A DNA stretch of 62,599 bases from Rhodocyclaceae bacterium (GCA_019750575.1 JAIEOJ010000004.1:1-62599); one strand, 5' to 3'; shown: positions 34,353 through 44,235, counted from the stretch's first letter. Notes: generated by a model from the sequence alone, not told the origin. Numbers and translations: made by a program.

Positions 34353-37076
34353 ATGGCCACGCCACCCTCATCAAGCCCGCGTGACTGGCACGCTACCGAC
34401 GCAGCGCATGCAGTGCAGGCACTGGCGAGCGACAGGAAATCCGGTCTGACGGCCGCGGTCGCGGCTGCACGCCTCGCCGAACACGGCCCCAACCGCCTTG
34501 CCGCCAGCGAGCGCACGCCGGTCTGGGTGCGCCTGCTGCGCCAGTTCAATAATGTGCTCATCTACATCATGCTGGTCTCCGCCGTCGTCACGGCGGTGCT
34601 GCAGCACTGGATAGACACCTGCGTACTCCTGCTGGCCGTGCTGGTCAATGCGGTCATCGGCTTCATCCAGGAAGGCAAGGCCGAAGACGCGCTGGCCGCC
34701 ATACGCAACATGCTGAGTCCGCGCAGCATCGTGCTGCGCGGCGGCGAACGCATGAATGTGGATGCCGAGCAGCTGGTACCCGGCGACATCGTGCTGCTCG
34801 CCTCGGGCGACCGCATCCCGGCCGACCTGCGCCTGATCGATGCCAAGACCCTGCTGGTGGATGAATCCATCCTGACCGGCGAGTCTGTGGCGGTCGAGAA
34901 GCGGCCGGATACGGTGGCAGCGGATGCCGCGCTGGGCGACCGGCGCTGCATGCTCTATTCCGGCACCCTGGTGGCTTCCGGTCAGGGACTCGGCGTGGTG
35001 GTGACCACCGGCTCGCACACCGAGATCGGCCACATCGGCCGCCTGCTGGCGGAAGTTGAAACCGTCACCACGCCGCTGCTGCGCCAGATCGGCCGCTTCA
35101 GTCACTGGCTGGCCGCGGCCATCCTGATACTGGCCGCGCTGACCTTCTTCGCCGGCCTGATCTGGCGCGATCACACGCCGACGGAAATGTTCCTGATCGT
35201 GGTTGCACTCATCGCTTCCGCCATTCCCGAGGGCCTGCCGGCCATCCTCAGCATCACGCTGGCCATGGGCGTGCGCCGCATGGCGCGGCGCAATGCGATT
35301 GTGCGCAACCTGCCTGCGGTCGAGACCCTGGGCGCGGTGACCGTGATCTGTACCGACAAGACCGGCACCCTGACGCGCAATGAAATGACCGTGCAGCAAC
35401 TGGTCACGGCAAGCCGGACCTACAGCATCAGCGGTGTCGGCTATGCGCCGGAAGGCAGCCTGCATGCCGACGGCCTGCCGCTCACCGAAAGCACGCCGGA
35501 GCTGCAGCTGATCGGCCGCGCCGCGCTGCTGTGCAACGATGCCGAGCTGATCTGCCGCGACGCTGCCTGGCAACTGGCCGGCGACCCGACCGAAGGCGCG
35601 CTGCTGGCGCTCGGTGCCAAGATCGGCTTCGATGCCGCTGCCGAGCGGCAGGCCATGCCGCGTCTGGACGTGATTCCCTTCGAGTCCGAGCATCGCTTCA
35701 TGGCCACGCTCAACCGCGATCATGCCGGCCATGCCTGCATCTTCGTCAAGGGTGCGCCGGAGCGCATCTTCGCCATGTGTGCCGCACAGGGCGTCGAGGG
35801 CAGCGCCGCCTTCGATCCGGCGTACTGGCAAGAGGCGGCCGCCACCTGCGCTGCACAGGGCATGCGCCTGCTCGCGGTGGCGGTGAAGCGCGTCGACGAA
35901 GCGCGCCAGCATATTGATTTTGCCGATACCGAAAGCGATTTCTCGCTGCTCTGCCTCACCGGCATCATGGACCCGCCGCGTCCCGAGGCCACCGAGGCGG
36001 TTGCCGCCTGTGCCGCCGCCGGCGTGCGCGTCAAGATGATTACCGGCGACCATGTCGATACCGCGCGCGCCATCGCGCTGCAGATGGGCATCGGCAGCGG
36101 CAGGGCCATGACCGGCGCCGAGATCGAAGGCATCAGCGATGCCGAACTGCAGCGCGTGGTCATGGATGTGGATGTGTTCGCCCGCGCCAGCCCCGAGCAC
36201 AAGCTGCGTCTGGTCCAGGCTCTGCAGGCGGCGGGGCAGGTGGTGGCGATGACCGGCGACGGCGTCAACGACGCACCCGCCCTGAAGCGCGCCGACATCG
36301 GCGTGGCCATGGGGCAGAAGGGTACCGAGGCCGCCAAGGAAGCTGCGGACATGGTGCTGGCCGACGACAACTTCGCCACCATCGCCAACGCGGTGCGCGA
36401 AGGGCGCGGCATCTACGACAACATCCAGAAGTTCGTGCTCTTCATGCTGCCGACCAACGGCGGCGAAGGGCTGGTGGTGGTCACCGCCATCATGTTCGAA
36501 CTGATGCTGCCGCTGACTCCGGCGCAGGTGCTGTGGATCAACATGGTCACCTCCAGCACGCTGGGACTGGCCCTCGCCTTCGAGCGGCCCGAGCGCAATG
36601 TCATGCGCCGTCCGCCGCGCGATCCGCACGAGCCCCTGTTGTCCTGGCTGTTTGCCTGGCGCGTGCTGATGGTGTCGATGCTGATGATGTGCGGTTCGCT
36701 CGGCCTCTTCCTCTGGGAAATGAACCGCGGCGCATCGCTGGAAACGGCGCGCACCATGGCAGTCAGCGCCATCGTCGTCGCCGAGATGTTCTACCTCATC
36801 AACAGCCGCTACCTGTTCCGCTCCGTGCTGTCGCGCGACGGCCTGTTCGGCAATCCCTATGTGCTGGGCGCGATCGCCTGCTGTGCCCTGCTGCAACTCG
36901 CCTACACCGGCCTTGCGCCGCTGCAGGCACTGTTTGGTTCCACCCCCCTGGGTGCAGACGAATGGGGCCGCGTGCTACTGGCCGGGCTCTTCGTCTTTGT
37001 TGTTGCAGAGTGCGAGAAGTGGGTGGTCAAGCGCGTGCGGCGTCGTCCGCCGACTGCCGCCCCCGCCACGGCCTGA
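34353..37076 (+). CDS. Cation-translocating P-type ATPase (P2, Ca2+/Mg2+-type architecture)
   Basis: 907 aa with TGES, ICTDKTGTLT, KGAPE, MITGDHVDTA, MTGDGVNDAPALKRADIG and 10 TM segments. Confidence 0.9.
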   Translation: MATPPSSSPRDWHATDAAHAVQALASDRKSGLTAAVAAARLAEHGPNRLAASERTPVWVRLLRQFNNVLIYIMLVSAVVTAVLQHWIDTCVLLLAVLVNAVIGFIQEGKAEDALAAIRNMLSPRSIVLRGGERMNVDAEQLVPGDIVLLASGDRIPADLRLIDAKTLLVDESILTGESVAVEKRPDTVAADAALGDRRCMLYSGTLVASGQGLGVVVTTGSHTEIGHIGRLLAEVETVTTPLLRQIGRFSHWLAAAILILAALTFFAGLIWRDHTPTEMFLIVVALIASAIPEGLPAILSITLAMGVRRMARRNAIVRNLPAVETLGAVTVICTDKTGTLTRNEMTVQQLVTASRTYSISGVGYAPEGSLHADGLPLTESTPELQLIGRAALLCNDAELICRDAAWQLAGDPTEGALLALGAKIGFDAAAERQAMPRLDVIPFESEHRFMATLNRDHAGHACIFVKGAPERIFAMCAAQGVEGSAAFDPAYWQEAAATCAAQGMRLLAVAVKRVDEARQHIDFADTESDFSLLCLTGIMDPPRPEATEAVAACAAAGVRVKMITGDHVDTARAIALQMGIGSGRAMTGAEIEGISDAELQRVVMDVDVFARASPEHKLRLVQALQAAGQVVAMTGDGVNDAPALKRADIGVAMGQKGTEAAKEAADMVLADDNFATIANAVREGRGIYDNIQKFVLFMLPTNGGEGLVVVTAIMFELMLPLTPAQVLWINMVTSSTLGLALAFERPERNVMRRPPRDPHEPLLSWLFAWRVLMVSMLMMCGSLGLFLWEMNRGASLETARTMAVSAIVVAEMFYLINSRYLFRSVLSRDGLFGNPYVLGAIACCALLQLAYTGLAPLQALFGSTPLGADEWGRVLLAGLFVFVVAECEKWVVKRVRRRPPTAAPATA

Positions 37077-37093
37077 AGGCAGGGCTCAAATGC

Positions 37094-37126
37094 ACAGGGG
37101 CCGACCCTTGCTGTGGATTCCGGCAT
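37094..37126. repeat. Left terminal inverted repeat of the copper/redox island
   Basis: ACAGGGGCCGACCCTTGCTGTGGATTCCGGCAT. The reverse complement of 55214..55247 is ACAGGGGCCGACCCGCAAGTGTGGAATCCGGCAT. The outer 14 nt are identical and the inner block matches at 13/14. Confidence 0.65.
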
Positions 37127-37134
37127 TTATTGAG

Positions 37135-37168
37135 CAGTAGTTCCGGCATAAAAATGCCGGAACTACTG
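37135..37168. repeat. Perfect 15-bp-arm palindrome CAGTAGTTCCGGCAT-AAAA-ATGCCGGAACTACTG built from two inverted copies of the subterminal motif
   Basis: Read directly from the sequence. Further motif copies lie at 37118..37126, 37195..37203 (TTCCGGTAA) and 37226..37234 (TTCCGGCAA). Confidence 0.7.
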
Positions 37169-37244
37169 GGTTTCTCGAATTTCTGGCAGTGCATTTCCGG
37201 TAATTCATAAGCGATAAGACTGACTTTCCGGCAATTAATGCGAA

Positions 37245-38084
37245 CTAGTCGCAAGAGAGAGGCAATTGGCCGTGGCAACAGCTACTGATTTTGAAGAATG
37301 GGTCTCCTACAGTGCTAGATTCGAAGTGCGGGCAAGGTTTGTCTTTAAGGAAGGCTAGCCGATTGCTCTCCCACGTTACTCCTCGATTCCCATCGTACTC
37401 AATCATGGGAGTAATCGGGAGCATCCTATTCCAGGGCAGCAGGAGGGAAATCGCTTGGCCAACAGCGGTGGATGCCAAAACACCATTTGGCCAGATAACC
37501 TGAGGCCGCCCACCAGCGGCACCATACTTTTGATGCTCCAAGGCAAGTCGTTCATCCGTGATGAGGCCCAAGCATCTCAGGCAGAGACCGCCAGGTAACG
37601 ACGTAATTACCTGGCCTGTGATGCCGTACCCATTCACTCCTTTATGCACATCCATCCCAATATCGATATAGGGCACTAAGAAGCGGCGGCAAAACCGTTC
37701 AAGTTCATCGCGGACTTCATAGCCGTCTACGCACCCCATTACGATGTCGCAATTTCTCAGGGTCAAGCCAAAGTTTTGCCAAGGACCCTCGGCGATAACG
37801 ACGTTAACTTTCGGGTTAATGAATTGGATGAGCCGCTGAAGTACCTCAGTTTTTTTTCTCTCAGATTCGGCATCTTCTGGAGTACTACCAACCATTCGCG
37901 TCAGATTTGATTCATCGACGGTGTCAAAGTCGACTAACACGATCGTACCAACGCCAATGTGTGCGAGTTGCTGGCAAACATGCGATCCTCCCCCGCAGAG
38001 CCCGATAACAGCAATGGTTGTATCAGCGAGGTACGTTTCGCTGTGGTCACCAAGGAAGCTTTGGCGCGAATATCGTTTGCTCAT
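37245..38084 (-). CDS. ThiF/MoeB-family E1-like adenylyltransferase
   Basis: Start MSKRYSRQSFLG.., then the nucleotide loop IAVIGLCGGGSHVCQQLAHIGVG and DFDTVDESNLTR, plus CLRC and CPH Cys motifs. The ATG overlaps the stop of the JAB fragment (ATGA). Confidence 0.8.
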   Translation of the reverse strand: MSKRYSRQSFLGDHSETYLADTTIAVIGLCGGGSHVCQQLAHIGVGTIVLVDFDTVDESNLTRMVGSTPEDAESERKKTEVLQRLIQFINPKVNVVIAEGPWQNFGLTLRNCDIVMGCVDGYEVRDELERFCRRFLVPYIDIGMDVHKGVNGYGITGQVITSLPGGLCLRCLGLITDERLALEHQKYGAAGGRPQVIWPNGVLASTAVGQAISLLLPWNRMLPITPMIEYDGNRGVTWESNRLAFLKDKPCPHFESSTVGDPFFKISSCCHGQLPLSCD

Positions 38085-38365
38085 GCTATTGCCCTCACTC
38101 CAGGCATCTGTGGGCCGATCACAACACATTGTGAAATCGGTTCAGGAGGCGTTTCACCAGTCATCCAGCAAAGGCCTGCCATGCTGTCGTGGCTAAATAC
38201 AATCGCGCCGTGAGGCATTTCAGGCCTGACTTTGAAAAAGTCCGGAACAAATCGATGGCTGTGCCGCAAGTCAGTCCGACTAAATCTTGGTCGACCATTG
38301 TGCTCATGACGGTGCACATGGAACAAACCAACATTGCTACCCGTCTCTGCAGAAGGCTGGAACCA
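38081..38365 (-). pseudogene. C-terminal fragment of a JAB/MPN (JAMM-like) peptidase gene, lacking the N-terminal half
   Basis: The frame opens immediately after the stop that ends the sigma-factor region-4 frame. It contains GLFHVHRHEHNGRPRFSRTD, a JAMM-like H-x-H...S-x-x-D motif. No upstream Glu-containing segment and no good start were found. Confidence 0.4.
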
Positions 38366-38907
38366 CTACTTATCCAAGCATGAACGTAAGGCTAGACGGG
38401 CACGATAGAGTAGTACCCCACAATTGGTGAGAGTGATGCCCAATATCTGGCAGATTTCTGCCGTCTCGAATCCAAGCATTTCCCGTAACATGAAAGCAGC
38501 GTGCTGCCGCCTCATTGAGATAATAGGGACATGAATCGAGTATGGCTAAGAGAGTTTCTGTTGTTTCAGCGACTGCTCTGGCCTCCCCAAACTGCAGGCC
38601 AGTACTCTTCAATCCAGTCTCCGGATTCGTCAAAGAATGCGTCAATGCCATCAGCCTCCACGAACTGCAGGCCACTGTTACGTGAGCGGAGCATATCGAT
38701 GATCTTATTTCTCAGAATGGCAAAGAACCACGTCTTTAGACTACTGGAGCGACCACAAAAGCCATCGCGTTTCTCGTAGGCCGTAGTAAATGCCTCTTGC
38801 ACCAAATCTGCGGCGGCATAGTCGTCACGTAATTGGAGACGAGCGAAGCAAAGCATGTCGCGTCGGAGTGGCAGTAATTCTTGTACGAATTTTTCCTCGA
38901 GCGTCAT
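38366..38907 (-). pseudogene. ECF (sigma-70 family) sigma factor gene disrupted by at least two, probably three, frameshifts
   Basis: Region 2 (DLVQEAFTTAYEKRDGF...LKTWFFAILRNKIIDMLR) is in the frame of ORF 38566..38907. The linker (RPEQSLKQQKL / LLAILDSCPYYLNE) occupies other frames. Region 4 (AAFMLREMLGFETAEICQILGITLTNCGVLLYRARLALRSCLDK) is in a third frame ending at 38366. Confidence 0.65.
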
Positions 38908-38930
38908 AAGAAGTATGGGACTAGTTCGTT

Positions 38931-39695
38931 TTATCGAGGCCCTAGTACTTCAGAGATGCTCTGTTGCGGTAAGCCGCTGTACTTTTTTACGATACCGTTG
39001 CTGTCTCTTGTCACAATGCCTGGAGTACCTTGAAATCCAAGACTAGCCATCAAGATTTGGTTTTTCTCCAGTGTCTGTTGAATACTGTGGGGGATGTCCT
39101 TTGCCGGGGTGATGCCACCTTTTGCGAAATTGGTCTCGTTTTTCAATAGCGCTGCAGATCTATCTTGTGCACCAAGAATTGCCGCTGCTTTTGCAGGACT
39201 ACTTGCAGATATCACTCCCACAAGAATGTGGCGCAGCTGTACTTTTCCTGCAATAACCCAAGGACGGGCAGTCTCCCAAAAACGGTTGCAATAAGGGCAA
39301 TTGGGGTCGCTGAAGGTATAGATAACGCGTGGTGCGTCGGCTTTTCCATCAAGAATCCAGGACGCCGATTCCAACTGTGCCCAAATTTGGTCGCTCATTG
39401 GCTTTGCAACCAGCTTTTGGAGCGTTACATCGTCAATCGGTTCGCCGTTGGTACCAAGACGGGTCCCCACAATCGCTTTCCCGTCTGCGGTCACATACAC
39501 AGCAAGAGGGCGATCTCCTGCGACGCCAGCAAAAGCACGCATTCCGCCGCCAACATTAAACTCCTGAACGATGGTCAGTCCTTTGCCTTCGAGCGCATTA
39601 ATTACCGGAGGTTTGGCCGCGCTCTGCGCATAACCGAGGCCAGATGCCACCATCAGTCCACCTGCGACAATAGGTATAAGAGGAAATGGCTTCAT
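38931..39695 (-). CDS. dsbG: Periplasmic thiol:disulfide interchange protein (DsbG/DsbC type)
   Basis: Signal peptide, an N-terminal dimerisation-type domain and a thioredoxin fold with the CPYC active site (FSDPNCPYCNRFW). Confidence 0.8.
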   Translation of the reverse strand: MKPFPLIPIVAGGLMVASGLGYAQSAAKPPVINALEGKGLTIVQEFNVGGGMRAFAGVAGDRPLAVYVTADGKAIVGTRLGTNGEPIDDVTLQKLVAKPMSDQIWAQLESASWILDGKADAPRVIYTFSDPNCPYCNRFWETARPWVIAGKVQLRHILVGVISASSPAKAAAILGAQDRSAALLKNETNFAKGGITPAKDIPHSIQQTLEKNQILMASLGFQGTPGIVTRDSNGIVKKYSGLPQQSISEVLGPR

Positions 39696-39709
39696 GTGAT
39701 GCTCCTTGT

Positions 39710-41680
39710 CTAAAGCGTCGTGAGTTGGGGGTATTTCAAAAGGGGGCTATTGATATGAGACCGGCTGGCGGGACCGTCACCTGGTACCGATCCGGTTGGC
39801 AATGGTTGTGTCATGTTCAGGCGCTTCATGAATTCACTTGCGTTAATTTCCCCAACTACGCGGGCTTCTCTACGCTCTGCCCCATCCGGGCCCACAAAAA
39901 TCAGGGTGGGCGGTCCTGCGGCTCCCCAACGCCGGAGCAGCATCTGGCTATCGGTATCGTTATTGGTCACGTCCAACCGAATCACCTGCATGCCATTCAA
40001 GCGTTCCCGTACCGCGGGATCGCCAAACACGTTTCGCTCTATGACGTGGCAGCTGATGCACCAGTCGGCGTAGTAGTCGATCAGTGTCCAGCGACCTTGG
40101 TTACCTGCAGTAGCCAGAAGCATGTCCAGATCGTTCACAGTTTTGGCGTGGACGTAGGCAATTGGGTCACGGGCCTTGGATTCGGCGGGTGCCTGCAAAC
40201 GCGCCAACGGCTGGATCGGCGAGTCGGCGCCAGATGCCGCACCTACGAGCATTAATGTTGACCAGAGACTTAGCAACGCTGCGCCAAATCGCAGGCTCCA
40301 CGCCATTCGGTTTTTTACCAATAGGGCTTGTGCCCAGACAAACAGGCCAAACGCCAAGGACAAGGCCCAAGCGGCCCATAATGCAAGTGTCAATGACCCG
40401 GGCAGGAAACGCCCCAGCATCATGACTGCCATGCCCAGCATGGCGTAGCCAAAGGCGACACGCACTTTGTCCATCCAGGCGCCCGGTTTTGGAAGAATGC
40501 GAGCACCGAACACTGCGATCGCCAATAAGGGAAGGCCCATACCTAAGCCGAGCGCCAGCAATACGACCCCACCGTAGAGGGCACTGCCGGTTTGGCTGAT
40601 ATACAGCAGCGCCCCCGCCAAGGGGGCCGTCATGCACGGACCAACCAGTAGCGCAGATAGGAAGCCCATAATGGCGGCGCCGTAGATGTTGCCTCCCGGG
40701 CGTCCACGTCCCGATGATTCAAGACGATTGACCAGAGCAGATGGGAGCTGTAGTTCGAACAGGCCGAACAGCGAGCTGGCGAGAATCAAGAACAGGATTG
40801 AAAAAGAGCCGAGTAACCAAGGCGACTGCAGGGTTGCCTGGAGATTTGCGCCGGCAAGCCCGGCTGCGACACCGACCATTGAATAGGTCGCTGCCATGGC
40901 CAGTACATAGGATAGAGTGAGAGCAAAAGCACGGCGCGGTGATGCCTGGGTCCCGACGACCATTGTGGAAACGATGGGAATCATCGGCAACGTACATGGC
41001 GTAAATGCCAAAAGCAGACCAAACCCAAAGAACAGCAGCGTTCCGGACACGGGGCCAAGTGTTGCCAGACGTTGCGCAGCGGATTGGTCTTCGGCGACTT
41101 CGGTCTTGGTTGCGACCAAGCCGGTAATCGCGTCTACCGGAGGTGTCGTATGTGCCAAGGAGAGATATCGATCTGTCGATGAATCCCCGGAAATGCTGGC
41201 ATCCAATCCCTTATCCGGGACGGATGTCGCCTGTGGCGCTGCCGCCTCAAGAAGTACTATCTTGACGGCTTGCGGTGGATAGCAGATTCCCGCTTCCGCA
41301 CATCCTTGCCAATGAAGCGTTATTGGCCCAGCAACAGATGCCGAGAAACGTAGCCGCGCGACGCTGCCCTTGTAGATCTCCGTCTCACCGAAGAATTCAT
41401 CGTGCTTCTTCTGCCCTGCCGGGAGGTTAAGCGTGACGGCGTTCCCCTGCCCATCGACCAGTTTGAGGGAATGGCGATAAACATAGTAGCCGTCGGCGAT
41501 CTTGCCCTCCAACACCATCGTGTCGCCATTCTGCAAAGGCTTGCCTGGCCTGAAGACTTCCGTCGGGTCAAGAAATTCGGTGTCGCCACCCAAGACAGCA
41601 GAGCCGCCTCCTGCCAATGCGCTCCCGATAGCGGTGCAGCACAATAAAGCGGTGGCCAACCAGTTCCGATAGCGCGCCAA
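39710..41680 (-). CDS. dsbD: Protein-disulfide reductase DsbD (three-domain membrane electron transporter)
   Basis: 656 aa with a periplasmic N-domain, a central multi-TM domain containing conserved Cys (FTPCTLPMIP, VGPCMTAP) and a C-terminal thioredoxin domain (YADWCISCH). Confidence 0.85.
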   Translation of the reverse strand: MARYRNWLATALLCCTAIGSALAGGGSAVLGGDTEFLDPTEVFRPGKPLQNGDTMVLEGKIADGYYVYRHSLKLVDGQGNAVTLNLPAGQKKHDEFFGETEIYKGSVARLRFSASVAGPITLHWQGCAEAGICYPPQAVKIVLLEAAAPQATSVPDKGLDASISGDSSTDRYLSLAHTTPPVDAITGLVATKTEVAEDQSAAQRLATLGPVSGTLLFFGFGLLLAFTPCTLPMIPIVSTMVVGTQASPRRAFALTLSYVLAMAATYSMVGVAAGLAGANLQATLQSPWLLGSFSILFLILASSLFGLFELQLPSALVNRLESSGRGRPGGNIYGAAIMGFLSALLVGPCMTAPLAGALLYISQTGSALYGGVVLLALGLGMGLPLLAIAVFGARILPKPGAWMDKVRVAFGYAMLGMAVMMLGRFLPGSLTLALWAAWALSLAFGLFVWAQALLVKNRMAWSLRFGAALLSLWSTLMLVGAASGADSPIQPLARLQAPAESKARDPIAYVHAKTVNDLDMLLATAGNQGRWTLIDYYADWCISCHVIERNVFGDPAVRERLNGMQVIRLDVTNNDTDSQMLLRRWGAAGPPTLIFVGPDGAERREARVVGEINASEFMKRLNMTQPLPTGSVPGDGPASRSHINSPLLKYPQLTTL

Positions 41681-41802
41681 GGTAAATTCCTCCCAGAAAA
41701 GTTGGTCGGAATCATGGGCTCCTCGGATTAAGCGAGACTAAAGTCCCGCAATACAAATCTGTCCTAACATTGCGCCTACCTAAAGCGAAGTGGGGTCTGG
41801 AA

Positions 41803-42471
41803 ATGCGGGTACTCCTGGTGGAGGACGACGAGCTAATTGGCAATGGAATCCTGGCGGGATTGCGCCAGCATGGGATCACCGTGCATCACGTTCTGACGGC
41901 CGCCGACGCCCAGCTCGCACAAAGAGATGAAACCTTCCATGCAATGATCCTTGATCTCGGGCTGCCCGACGGTGATGGTATGGATTTGCTAAAAGTCGTT
42001 CGTGCCTTTGAACCCGACTTGCCCGTACTGATACTTTCAGCGCGAGACACGATAGATCACCGACTTACGGGCTTGCGTGGCGGTGCCGACGATTACGTGG
42101 TCAAACCGTTTGACCTGCGCGAACTGGCAGCTCGGCTGCATGCGCTGGTGAGACGCACCCAGGGCCGAGCCGCCCAGACGATCCAGGCCGGCCCGTTGCG
42201 GCTTGATCCCGACAGCGGGCTGGCGTGGTTTCACGGTATCCAACAACCACTTTCGCGGCGGGAAGTCGACCTGCTGGCGCATCTCGCCAGCTCCGACGGC
42301 CGATGGGTGTCGCCGGACGCTTTGAACCAATACCTGTATGGCTTTGGTGAAGAGGTTGGGAGCAACGCCCTCAACGTCCACATCTACAACATTCGTCGCA
42401 AGCTCGGGCCGGAATCGATAGAAACCGCGCGAGGCCTGGGCTACCGACTTGGCTGGAAACTTACTTCATGA
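41803..42471 (+). CDS. OmpR/PhoB-family response regulator (CopR/CusR-like)
   Basis: Trimmed to the ATG at 41803 (MRVLLVEDDE...). It has receiver Asp context MILDLGLPDGDG and a winged-helix C-terminus (GYRLG). Confidence 0.85.
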   Translation: MRVLLVEDDELIGNGILAGLRQHGITVHHVLTAADAQLAQRDETFHAMILDLGLPDGDGMDLLKVVRAFEPDLPVLILSARDTIDHRLTGLRGGADDYVVKPFDLRELAARLHALVRRTQGRAAQTIQAGPLRLDPDSGLAWFHGIQQPLSRREVDLLAHLASSDGRWVSPDALNQYLYGFGEEVGSNALNVHIYNIRRKLGPESIETARGLGYRLGWKLTS

Positions 42472-43829
42472 GTCTACGTCTCCGTGCGATTCTGATCGCT
42501 GGGATTTCGCTTGTTGTCCTTTGGGGGGCTGCAACCGCCTGGATGATCCGAGATGTACAAATCAAGTTCGACAGGACACTTGACGGCCGTCTTGCAATGT
42601 CTGCTCGTATGGTTGCCGGCTTGCTCGAACGATCGACGCTCTCGAAGAGCATCAGTAACGATGATTTCTCGAATGCGATCGGGGAAGGCGGAGTGGATGG
42701 GATTGCTTGCGAGATACGCTCGCTCCGCGGCGAGGTGCTGGCGAAGACGGACGACAGCCCCGACTCCGAATTCGGACACCTTGCGCCCGGCTACAGTACG
42801 CGGAAGGTCGACGGGCGTGACTGGAGAATCTATGTCTTGCGCGCTGATGGGTACCAAATAACAACTGCGGATTGCATAGATCAGCGGAATGTCCTGATCA
42901 ATGAGTTGCTATATGCGGCGGGTATTCCCTTCCTGATCGCCCTCCTGGGAGGGCTAGGGGCGCTTTGGATCGGCATCGGGCGCGGCTTCGCTCCATTGAA
43001 GGCATTGCACCAGCAACTGCATTCAATGGGGGCCGACGACACGACCCCGCTTGTCGTAAGGCAATCTCCGGCAGAACTGCACCCAGTCCTGGAAGCAATG
43101 AACGGATTGCTCAAGCGCCTTGCGCAGGCACTTTCGAGCCAACGTGCATTCACCGACGCGGCTGCGCATGAGCTTAGAACTCCGCTGACGGTCATCGATA
43201 CACACCTGCAGGTGGTTCGAATGACGGAGGGAAAAGACGCTGAATCGTCGCTTAGCCAGGCTGAGGAAGGTGTTAAGCGCTTACGGCACACCCTCGACCA
43301 AATGATGATGCTGGCTCAAGCTGAAAGCGCAACAGATAGCTCCAATGAATGTCCTTCCGTGCTGACGGCGGTTCATAACGTACTTGATCGGGTGAGCAAC
43401 TCCGGATCACGGCGACTAAGTCTGGCTGTCGAAGGGGCCGAGGCGGGGACGCCGATTCCTAGCGCTATGCTGGAAACCGCTGTACGCAATATCGTAGATA
43501 ACGCGGTTCGCTATTCTCCAGAGGATACGCCTGTCGAGGTCAAGCTGTTCTTCGACCATCGCATGCAACGGGGTCGAATCGACATTTGCGATCAGGGGCC
43601 GGGCTTAAATATGGAACAGGTGTCGAAAGTAGGAAGGCGGTTCTGGCGTGGCGACCAAGGAAGGCAACAGAAAGATGGGGCTGGACTTGGCATTTCGATC
43701 GTCCGCACCATCCTTGAACGGTTCGGAGGCTCACTGGACTTTAGCCCTCGGCAAGATGGTGGCCTGACCGTCTCGCTTAACTTTCCCTTGAACGGCGGGA
43801 CGCCGGAAGCCGGCAGGGGTGATTTATGA
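42468..43829 (+). CDS. Sensor histidine kinase (two TM segments, periplasmic sensor domain)
   Basis: H-box FTDAAAHELRTPLT, N-box NAVRYSP and G-boxes DQGPGL / GLGISIV. It overlaps the regulator stop by 4 nt. Confidence 0.85.
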   Translation: MSLRLRAILIAGISLVVLWGAATAWMIRDVQIKFDRTLDGRLAMSARMVAGLLERSTLSKSISNDDFSNAIGEGGVDGIACEIRSLRGEVLAKTDDSPDSEFGHLAPGYSTRKVDGRDWRIYVLRADGYQITTADCIDQRNVLINELLYAAGIPFLIALLGGLGALWIGIGRGFAPLKALHQQLHSMGADDTTPLVVRQSPAELHPVLEAMNGLLKRLAQALSSQRAFTDAAAHELRTPLTVIDTHLQVVRMTEGKDAESSLSQAEEGVKRLRHTLDQMMMLAQAESATDSSNECPSVLTAVHNVLDRVSNSGSRRLSLAVEGAEAGTPIPSAMLETAVRNIVDNAVRYSPEDTPVEVKLFFDHRMQRGRIDICDQGPGLNMEQVSKVGRRFWRGDQGRQQKDGAGLGISIVRTILERFGGSLDFSPRQDGGLTVSLNFPLNGGTPEAGRGDL

Positions 43830-44197
43830 AAAGTAAAGATCTTCTAGTGCTGGGCGTGATCATCGTCTTTGTCAGCACTGCTCAGCTAGGGATGACAATG
43901 TACAGGGATCACACCAATGAGCGGTATGCCGACGACGTGGTAAAAAATGCTCGAACAGGCGATATCGTCATGCTGTCGTCAGAGGGATGTCCATACTGTG
44001 CCAAGGCTCGTGCGTGGTTCGCTAAGCACAATGTTCCAATTGAGGAGTGCTTTATTGAGAATGATCCGGTTTGCGCGGATAAATTCAGTCGCTCTATGGC
44101 GTACGGTACCCCCGTCATCATCGTCAAGGGAAAACCCATCACAGGATTTGACGTTGAGGCAGTTAGTCAGGTTCTGAGTTCTGGAGACAAATCCTAA
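43826..44197 (+). CDS. Membrane-anchored glutaredoxin-fold protein (CPYC)
   Basis: N-terminal TM helix (LLVLGVIIVFVSTAQL), then IVMLSSEGCPYCAKARAWF and GTPVIIVKGKPITGF. It overlaps the kinase stop by 4 nt. Confidence 0.7.
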   Translation: MKSKDLLVLGVIIVFVSTAQLGMTMYRDHTNERYADDVVKNARTGDIVMLSSEGCPYCAKARAWFAKHNVPIEECFIENDPVCADKFSRSMAYGTPVIIVKGKPITGFDVEAVSQVLSSGDKS

Positions 44198-44235
44198 TAC
44201 CAACCAAGCAACTTTTCTCTAGAGTTCATGTGCCC

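Noticed and set aside
34371-36896. 841-aa ORF on the minus strand
   Set aside because: It is entirely antisense to the well-supported P-type ATPase gene. Its composition is Arg/Gly/Ala/His-rich and it has no motifs. This is a typical high-G+C antisense artefact.
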